A stretch of DNA of 64,000 bases, taken from NCBI GenBank assembly GCA_937976305.1, contig CALJSB010000041.1, forward strand, positions 16,150 through 80,149. The letters run 5' to 3'. This DNA comes from an uncultured Acidimicrobiales bacterium (GTDB lineage Bacteria > Actinomycetota > Acidimicrobiia > Acidimicrobiales > SZUA-35). Of this stretch, positions 57,702 through 64,000 are shown piece by piece (position 1 is the first letter of the stretch; each line of letters begins with the position of its first letter). The notes below the pieces were generated by a model, which did not search any database, had not been told where the DNA came from, and was given only the letters and a program-made list of their open reading frames with translations. Made by a program: the position numbers and the translations under genes.

Positions 57702-58535
57702 GTGATGTCGAATTCTCGTTCTCTGCGCGTTCGCCTTCTTTCGATCTTGTTTGGATTCAGCCTGCTGGCCACAGCTTGCGGTGGCGAAGCCGAGGATGCG
57801 GGCCCGTCTGTCACCGTTGCTCGGACCAGCACACCAGTCACAACGGCTTCGACAACCACTGAGTCGACGACGACCACCACGACCGAGCCAACGACAACCG
57901 AGGAAGAGACAGAAGCTGACGACGAGGCAGAAGATCTCGAAGAGTCGACCACGACCGCAGCGCCGACCACCACAGCGACGCCGACGACGCTCGCCTTTGC
58001 CGACGACGACTCGGCTGCTGGCGGCGGCTCAGGCTCAGGTAACGGTGACACAGCAACCGCAACGACCGTTGCCGGTGGCGCTGACACGACGGCTGTTGCC
58101 GGTGACGCAGCCGAAACAACAACCACCATCGCAACCACAACCACGATTGACCCGTTTGCGCCGCTCGAGAATTTCGATCAGATCGTGTTGCCCTTCGGCG
58201 ACGCCGTGTCCTCGGTGTCGGTGCAGAGCGTCAATCTGAAATGCGACAGCAACGGCGTGAGCCCGCAGGTGCTCATCTTCGCTCCCTTCGATCTCAGCGG
58301 CGCAGACCAGCAGGTGACGTTCTACGGGCCCTCCGGCGCTGCCTACGTTGCGACGGGCCAGGCCGGTTCGGGCAACATCGAGACCTTCACCACGTGGCTC
58401 AGCGATCCAGTAGTCGCAGACTCGTTCGACTGGGTGGCGATCTGCTCGCAGCCGTCGTGGAAGGTGCTCATCGAGCTCTCCGACGAAGAAGGCCCGTTGT
58501 TCACCGCTGCCGCCTTCGCATCAATCTCGGGCTGA
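57702..58535 (+). CDS. Hypothetical lipoprotein with Thr-rich linker
   Basis: Lipobox LATA|C, a long T/E/A low-complexity stalk, and a ~120-aa C-terminal domain with two Cys. Confidence 0.75.
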   Translation: MMSNSRSLRVRLLSILFGFSLLATACGGEAEDAGPSVTVARTSTPVTTASTTTESTTTTTTEPTTTEEETEADDEAEDLEESTTTAAPTTTATPTTLAFADDDSAAGGGSGSGNGDTATATTVAGGADTTAVAGDAAETTTTIATTTTIDPFAPLENFDQIVLPFGDAVSSVSVQSVNLKCDSNGVSPQVLIFAPFDLSGADQQVTFYGPSGAAYVATGQAGSGNIETFTTWLSDPVVADSFDWVAICSQPSWKVLIELSDEEGPLFTAAAFASISG

Positions 58536-58537
58536 GT

Positions 58538-59362
58538 TCAGCCGGCGAGGTCGTACGTCGCAATCGTGCAGCTGACGGCGAAGATCGGGATCGGTTCACA
58601 AAAGTGCACGGTGCCGATGGCGCCCTGTGCTGCGGCAGCAACGGTCAAGAAGGTTCTGATTTCGAAGCCCCCTTGCCCGGCATCGGCGTAGACCGACTCA
58701 TCGGTGTAATCGAGCAAGTCGTCTCGGTCGTTTCGGCACCAGCGGTCGAGAAAGTCTCGATCCCACGCTTCGTTGATCTTTCCGGAGTCCGGAGTTGCAG
58801 GCCAATGTGAGATTCCTCCCGTCCCGACGATTGCGATGCGCTCTGGAACCGCATCGCACGCTCGGCGTAACGCTTCGCCGAAGTTCCATGCTCGGGCCAA
58901 CGGTGTGAGTGGGGGGCCTTGGCAGTTGATGTTCACCGGAATGACGGGCAGATCGAAGTTGGGTGTGAGGAAGTGCAGTGGGACGGCAATGCCGTGATCA
59001 AACTTCCACTCCTCGCAGTAGGACACGTCGGCAGTCTCCATCACCTCGGCGATGAGACGGGTCGAGATGTCTCGGCTGCCGGGGGCCCGGAACTTGTCGA
59101 TGGCGAGCCAATCGGGGTCTTCGATGGGACCGTCGTAGAAGTCGGCCATCCCGATGGCAAAACTCGGCATGTTGTTCATGAAGAAGTTCGCGAAGTGCTC
59201 GGCCGCAACAATTACTACCGCGTCGGGCTTCGTCGTCTCGAGATCGTGTCGCATCTGTTCGAACGCGGCGTAGAACCCGTCGCGCACCACTGGGTCGGCC
59301 TGGTCGGCCCGCCCGGTGATGCCGGGGGCGTGGCTGCACACTCCGGCAAAGACAAGCGGCAT
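58538..59362 (-). CDS. Class III (LigB-family) extradiol ring-cleavage dioxygenase, catalytic subunit
   Basis: SHAPG, AEHFANFF, DHG..VPL, GTGGISHWP, GFEIRTF. TGATG coupling. Confidence 0.93.
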   Translation of the reverse strand: MPLVFAGVCSHAPGITGRADQADPVVRDGFYAAFEQMRHDLETTKPDAVVIVAAEHFANFFMNNMPSFAIGMADFYDGPIEDPDWLAIDKFRAPGSRDISTRLIAEVMETADVSYCEEWKFDHGIAVPLHFLTPNFDLPVIPVNINCQGPPLTPLARAWNFGEALRRACDAVPERIAIVGTGGISHWPATPDSGKINEAWDRDFLDRWCRNDRDDLLDYTDESVYADAGQGGFEIRTFLTVAAAAQGAIGTVHFCEPIPIFAVSCTIATYDLAG

Positions 59363-59754
59363 CAGCGATCTCCGTTGGTGTTTTGTTGGCCCACCGCAGA
59401 GTTCTGGCCGAGGGCCGTGCTGTGGGCGTCTGTTCCTTCGTAGCCCGTCATGGCATACACGCCTTCGCGCACCGGCCCGTGTTCGTCGATGCCGTCGCGC
59501 ATGCGCTGCAGATAGTCCTGCCACTCGATCTGATGGAACGCAGCGAAGTGCATCAGGATCTGGCCGTTGCAGCCGAGGTGGAACAGCTTGCCGATGTCCG
59601 GCATGACCAGCGCAGCAACTTCTTCTTCGGAGAGGTCGGCCCCTTCAGACACAAACGACTCCACCGTTGCCGTCGCATCGGCTCGGAACGCCGCTTGGAC
59701 CTGCTCGCTTCGATTGAGTTCGTAGAGAAACTTCTGTACGTAATAGAGGCTCAC
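59362..59754 (-). CDS. LigA-like small subunit of the extradiol dioxygenase
   Basis: MSLYYVQKFLYELNR...LSEEEVAAL..PDIGKLFHLGCNGQILMHFA. Directly precedes the LigB-like gene. Confidence 0.85.
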   Translation of the reverse strand: MSLYYVQKFLYELNRSEQVQAAFRADATATVESFVSEGADLSEEEVAALVMPDIGKLFHLGCNGQILMHFAAFHQIEWQDYLQRMRDGIDEHGPVREGVYAMTGYEGTDAHSTALGQNSAVGQQNTNGDR

Positions 59755-59766
59755 TGGTCGATGACC

Positions 59767-61068
59767 TCAGTCCCACTCGACCCAGAGGTTGTCCGGGCCT
59801 CGAAAGGTGATGTTGGGAAAGTAGGTGTTCTGCTGATCGTCGGCCAAGCGCAACGTGGGGATGCGCTCGGTCAACAGTTCGAGGGCGATGACGGCCTCGA
59901 TCTTGGCCAGGTTGGCGCCGAGGCAGTAGTGAATGCCCTTTCCGAAACTGATGTGGCGGCTCGCATCTTCACGGTGGATGTTGAACGTGTTCGGATCATC
60001 GAATCGGTCGGGCTGGCGGTTGGCGCTGGCAAAGTTGAGGAAGATCCGCGTGCCGGCCGGCAAGTCGACACCGGCGAGGGAGGTTGGTTCGGTCGTCACC
60101 CGCCGCCACGCGATCTGGCTCGACTCAAAGCGAAGTGTCTCCTCGACTGCGTTGGGGATAAGTGACGGATCATCAATCAGCGCCTGCCACTGGTCGCGAC
60201 GAGGGAGGAGGCACAGGAGGGTGTTGCAGAGCAGGTTGGTGACTGGGTCGTGACCTGCGAACGAGAGCCCGTAGATGATCGATTCGACTTCGACGTAGCT
60301 GAGCTCGTTGTTGTCGGCGTCGTGTGCATCGAGCAGCTCCGAAGCGAAGTCGTCAGCCCGGTTGTCGCGCCGGCCAGCGGTGAACTCCCGGCAGTAGCGC
60401 CAGTAGGTGAGCATGTGCTCGGCGATTCGGATCTGCTCGTCCGGCGTCGGACGGCCCCACGAGAACGCCTTCCGTTCGACGCACCATTGCTTGATCATCT
60501 CATCGTCGCTCTGGGGGAACCCGATGAAGCGGAAGACAATCTCGGCTGGTAGCGGGAAGGCAAGCGATGAGACGTACTCGGCCCGGTTACCAGCGGTTGC
60601 GCCGTTGGCGAGCATGGCATCGATGAGCACATTGGCTCGCTCTCGCATGTAGTCCTCGAGCGTGCGGAGTCGACGTTTCGAGAAACCCTTGCGGGTGTAC
60701 ACGCGGATGCGGGCGTGATCAGGCTCGGCCCGGTTCGACATCACTGCGGTTGGGTTGAAGTCGGGAGCGGCGAGCACGTCGGTGGCCCGCTCGTCGAGCG
60801 GGTAGAGCGGATCTTGGACGTTCGAAGAGGCATAGATGTCGGGATTGGTGAAGACCTCTTCGATGTCTTCCATTTTCGTCACGACGACATAGCCAACTTC
60901 TTCGGCGTAGAACACCGGGTGGTCGTCGCGCAGCTTGGCTGCGATGGGGTAGGGGTCGGCCAAATAGTCGTCGCCCAGCGGGTTCCAGCTCTGATGAACC
61001 GGGCAACCGCTTGGAGCACCCAGGATCTCGTCGGGAGCTTGGTGGTAGGTGTTCTCGGTTTCGGTCAT
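59767..61068 (-). CDS. Cytochrome P450, CYP116-like stand-alone heme domain
   Basis: EETLR (ExxR), PDRF, FGKGIHYCLG. SWGRPTPDEQ resembles the CYP116 F-G region. The I-helix reads AGHDP instead of A(G/A)xET. Confidence 0.95.
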   Translation of the reverse strand: MTETENTYHQAPDEILGAPSGCPVHQSWNPLGDDYLADPYPIAAKLRDDHPVFYAEEVGYVVVTKMEDIEEVFTNPDIYASSNVQDPLYPLDERATDVLAAPDFNPTAVMSNRAEPDHARIRVYTRKGFSKRRLRTLEDYMRERANVLIDAMLANGATAGNRAEYVSSLAFPLPAEIVFRFIGFPQSDDEMIKQWCVERKAFSWGRPTPDEQIRIAEHMLTYWRYCREFTAGRRDNRADDFASELLDAHDADNNELSYVEVESIIYGLSFAGHDPVTNLLCNTLLCLLPRRDQWQALIDDPSLIPNAVEETLRFESSQIAWRRVTTEPTSLAGVDLPAGTRIFLNFASANRQPDRFDDPNTFNIHREDASRHISFGKGIHYCLGANLAKIEAVIALELLTERIPTLRLADDQQNTYFPNITFRGPDNLWVEWD

Positions 61069-61105
61069 GTGTCCCCTTCAGTGCGTCCAGTCCAATGTGG
61101 CCGGG

Positions 61106-61918
61106 TCAGGTGAAGTCGATCGTGAATGAGCCCAGCGGGCCGTAGTCGGCCACGAATGAATCACCAGCTCGCACATCAATTGGTCTGGTGAACGATCCGG
61201 CGAGAATGGTCTGCCCGGCAGCGAGCGTCATGCCTTGCTCGACGTAGCGCTTGGCCAGCCAGACGATGCCGGTCGCAGGGTGGCCGAGAACGCCGGCGGC
61301 AAGGCCAGTCTCTTCGATGGTTCCGTTGCGGCTCAGGAGGGCGCCAGTCCAGCGAAGGTCGGTATCGCGGGGCCCGATCCGTTCGCCGCCGGTGATGATG
61401 CCTGCATTGGCCGCGTTGTCAGAGATGGTGTCGACAACGGTTCGAGTCCGGCCGGTGTCGGGGTTACGTCGGAAACTCCGAGCTGCGATGAGCTCGAGCG
61501 CCGGCACGACGTAGTCGGTCGCATCAAGCACTGTCTCGATGCCGAACCCATCAGCGGACACGGTTGCAGCGTCGAGATCGTCCGCAAGCACAAAGGCCAG
61601 CTCGACTTCGATCTTCGGGTCGAGGTGATCGGCGGCCGGTATCTCGCCACCAGCTTCGAACACCATGGCATCGGTGATGAACCCCGAGTCGGGCGTTTCG
61701 ATGTTCATCGCCATCTGCATGGCGCGTGACGTGAGGCCGATCTTGTGGCCAACGAGCGATTCGCCACGGCCGAGCTTGAGATCTTGCCAAGCGGCCTGAA
61801 TCCGATACGCATCATCGATTGTGGCGTCGGGGAAAAACTCGGTCGTCGGTACAACCTGGGTGCGGTTCTGCTCGGCTTCGTCGAGTCGTTGAGCTTCGGC
61901 AATCACGTCGAGGGTCAT
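61106..61918 (-). CDS. hpaH: 2-oxo-hept-4-ene-1,7-dioate hydratase-like
   Basis: [52 protein letters not shown]. Confidence 0.9.
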   Translation of the reverse strand: MTLDVIAEAQRLDEAEQNRTQVVPTTEFFPDATIDDAYRIQAAWQDLKLGRGESLVGHKIGLTSRAMQMAMNIETPDSGFITDAMVFEAGGEIPAADHLDPKIEVELAFVLADDLDAATVSADGFGIETVLDATDYVVPALELIAARSFRRNPDTGRTRTVVDTISDNAANAGIITGGERIGPRDTDLRWTGALLSRNGTIEETGLAAGVLGHPATGIVWLAKRYVEQGMTLAAGQTILAGSFTRPIDVRAGDSFVADYGPLGSFTIDFT

Positions 61919-62394
61919 GCGCTCTCCTTGAGTTCATGCGATTCATGGTCCGCATTGGGCGCGGTGTCGATCAATCGCTCCAGCAGATCGAACAGGCGGT
62001 AGAGGTCGTCCGTGCCGACAATCGATTCGAGGTCGGCGTACTGCTCCTCGGACAATGGCGCGATGCGGGCGACGAGTCGGCGCCCTTTCGCAGTGAGCGA
62101 TGCCAGCGACTTGCGTTGGTCGTGTTTGTCAGTGCGGCGACGAATGAGTCCGCGCTGTTCGAGGTTGCTGAGAATCCGGGACAGGCTCGGCCCAAGCAGA
62201 CAAGTGGCTTCCGCCACGTCACCGACGTCAAGTGCTTCGGCCGTCTGGTCAAGCGCTCGCAGCACCCGCCATTGTTGTTCGGTGAGATCGTGGGCCGAGA
62301 GAATCGGCCGGAATCGACGCATTGTCGCCTCGCGGGCTCGCATCAACGCCATGGGAAGCGACTGATCAAACGGGCGAAGGACGGGGTCGGTCAC
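61915..62394 (-). CDS. hpaR: Homoprotocatechuate operon repressor (MarR family)
   Basis: SLPMALMRAREATMRRFRPIL..HDLTEQQWRVLRAL...LGPSLSRIL. Confidence 0.92.
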   Translation of the reverse strand: MTDPVLRPFDQSLPMALMRAREATMRRFRPILSAHDLTEQQWRVLRALDQTAEALDVGDVAEATCLLGPSLSRILSNLEQRGLIRRRTDKHDQRKSLASLTAKGRRLVARIAPLSEEQYADLESIVGTDDLYRLFDLLERLIDTAPNADHESHELKESA

Positions 62395-63296
62395 TGCGGC
62401 TCCGGGGTGACGACGGGGTTGGCTTCGAGTTCAACGGGGCTGAACTCATCGACCACCGGGTTGCTGAGCGTTCCGATTTCTGGCACGTGCACGTCAATCA
62501 CGTCGCCAGGCGCCAGCCATTGTGGCGGATCGAGCCTGGCCCCGGCACCGGTCGGTGTGCCAGTGAAGATGACATCGCCGGGGTGGAGTTCGGTGAAGGT
62601 CGACAAGTAATGAATCTGGTACTCGATCGAGTACTTCATCGTCTTCGGCGAATCGGCCTGGCGAAGCTCGCCGTTGACGTGGGTGGTGATTCTCAGATCG
62701 TCGAAGGGTGGTATCTCGTCCATGGTCACGAGGTGGGGGCCGATCGCTCCACTCGACATCCAGTTCTTTCCCTGCGTCACGTTGAACTTGGCATGCCGGA
62801 CCCAGTCACGAATGGTGCCTTCGTTGCCTAACGACAGCCCGGCGAGGTGGCTTCGGGCATCGGCCACGGCAATTCGTCTGCCAGGCGTACCGATCACGGC
62901 GACGATCTCGCCTTCGTAATCGAGTTGGGGGCTTTCGGGCGGCCGCACGAGCGGCTGACCATGGCCGGTGAAACCATCGGGAAAGCGGGGGAACACGCTT
63001 GGGTAGGCGGCGTCGCTCGTGTCGGCGTACTCATCGGCTCGACCGCCGTAGTTGACGCCGATGCAAAAGATCTTTCGGGGCCACGGAAGCAGGCGTTCAT
63101 GGGTGACCTCGGCAAGGGCATAGTCAGCTGGTTCGTCGACGAACGCCGTAGCCTCGCCGAGTCGCTGGCTCGAAACCAGTGCTCCGAGATCGGCGACATC
63201 ACTCATTCGGCGGCCGAGATCGATCACGCCAAGGCCATCCTGTGTGTGGGCGCCAAAGCTCGATTGTCCGCCCGTTGAATAGGAGAGCAACCGCAT
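62391..63296 (-). CDS. Fumarylacetoacetate-hydrolase family protein (HpaG-like isomerase/decarboxylase)
   Basis: KIFCIGVNY, LDYEGEI, NEGTIRDW, QGKNW..SGAIGP, PGDVIFTGTP. Confidence 0.92.
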   Translation of the reverse strand: MRLLSYSTGGQSSFGAHTQDGLGVIDLGRRMSDVADLGALVSSQRLGEATAFVDEPADYALAEVTHERLLPWPRKIFCIGVNYGGRADEYADTSDAAYPSVFPRFPDGFTGHGQPLVRPPESPQLDYEGEIVAVIGTPGRRIAVADARSHLAGLSLGNEGTIRDWVRHAKFNVTQGKNWMSSGAIGPHLVTMDEIPPFDDLRITTHVNGELRQADSPKTMKYSIEYQIHYLSTFTELHPGDVIFTGTPTGAGARLDPPQWLAPGDVIDVHVPEIGTLSNPVVDEFSPVELEANPVVTPEPQ

Positions 63297-63299
63297 CGA

Positions 63300-63340
63300 C
63301 ACATGTTACGCACCCTCGGACACAATTTGCCTAACATGTG
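63300..63340. promoter_or_regulatory. Putative HpaR operator pair
   Basis: CACATGTTA (63300-63308) and its exact reverse complement TAACATGTG (63332-63340) in the 49-bp divergent gap. Confidence 0.7.
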
Positions 63341-63345
63341 AAGCA

Positions 63346-63750
63346 ATGCCTCATGTGACGATCGAGTATTCAAGCAACGTGCAGCTCCACCACGACATCG
63401 ATGCGTTGGTGAACGCCGTGCACGCTGCCGCCCTCGACGATGGCCTCCCGCCTCTCGCTGGACTTCGAACACGAGCGGTGTCGCGAGAGCACTACCAAGT
63501 GGCAACGGGCGATGACGAATTGGCCTTTGTTGCCATCACAGCCCGTATCGGCCCCGGCCGCAGCGACGAGCAGAAGACGCGGTTTCTGACTGCGTTGCTC
63601 GACGCCACCGAAACGATGTTGCAGCCAGGCCCGCTGCACATCGCCTTCAGTGCAGAGATCCAAGAGATCGATATCGAGTTCCGGATCAACAGAAACCACG
63701 TTCGGCCCTACCTCGAAGGCCGCGATCAACAGGAGACGACCGATGGCTGA
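63346..63750 (+). CDS. hpaF: 5-carboxymethyl-2-hydroxymuconate isomerase
   Basis: N-terminal MPH (catalytic Pro), IEYSSNV, GLRTRA, RIGPGRS, SAEIQEI. Confidence 0.9.
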   Translation: MPHVTIEYSSNVQLHHDIDALVNAVHAAALDDGLPPLAGLRTRAVSREHYQVATGDDELAFVAITARIGPGRSDEQKTRFLTALLDATETMLQPGPLHIAFSAEIQEIDIEFRINRNHVRPYLEGRDQQETTDG

Positions 63751-64000
63751 CGCCGCTGATCTCGAGACAAACACGCGTGCGGCGACCGAGCATCTCGCCC
63801 GATTCGCTTCGACGCCGACCCATCACCTCATTGCCGGTGAATCGGTGCCGAGTGCCGACGGTGCAACGTTCGAGAACGTGTCGCCGATCGATGCCATGCG
63901 GCTCGGCGATGTCTCGTCAGGGGACGCCGCCGACGTCGATCGAGCGGCTGCTGCTGCCGCCGATGCCTTTCGGGAGTGGTCCACGACGCCGGGGGTCAAG
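63743..64000 (+). CDS. hpaE: Aldehyde dehydrogenase, probably 5-carboxymethyl-2-hydroxymuconate semialdehyde dehydrogenase (5' fragment)
   Basis: Hand translation: MADAADLETNTRAATEHLARF...HHLIAGESVPSADGATFENVSPID...DVDRAAAAAADAFREW. AGGAG RBS. The hpaE call rests on context. Confidence 0.75.
   Translation, partial: MADAADLETNTRAATEHLARFASTPTHHLIAGESVPSADGATFENVSPIDAMRLGDVSSGDAADVDRAAAAAADAFREWSTTPGVK

Overview
A high-GC actinobacterial chromosomal window, most consistent with Acidimicrobiia. That lineage is inferred from an F420-type LLM enzyme, an LAxTG sorting signal, menA and the lipoprotein style. No integrase, transposase, phage or cas gene is visible. In order, the window holds: (1) a mitochondrial-type aconitase with a divergent GntR; (2) an MPT83-like fasciclin lipoprotein; (3) a TetR-linked lipid operon (acyl-CoA reductase-HAD fusion, LarA/DUF2088-like protein, PlsC-like acyltransferase); (4) a DeoR-linked polyol cluster (mannitol dehydrogenase family enzyme, ABC transporter, xylitol-dehydrogenase-like SDR); (5) ddl/murF, a Cys-rich microprotein with menA, several hydrolases and tRNA-Val(CAC); (6) a ~3,730-aa sortase-anchored adhesin with an 11 x 399-bp tandem array; (7) a ~13-kb aromatic catabolism region. 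In the last region an HpaR operon carries a CYP116-like P450 lacking the I-helix Thr and a two-subunit LigAB-type dioxygenase, next to an amidase/ThDP-enzyme pair and dmpFG. The best candidates for undescribed biology are the P450/LigAB hpa-variant pathway and the reductase/LarA-like/acyltransferase lipid operon (possibly ether lipids). Also notable are a shared Met-acidic 'AMED' linker in unrelated lipoproteins and a 52-bp REP-like element present twice. All family assignments come from motifs and recalled family sequences, not from database searches.
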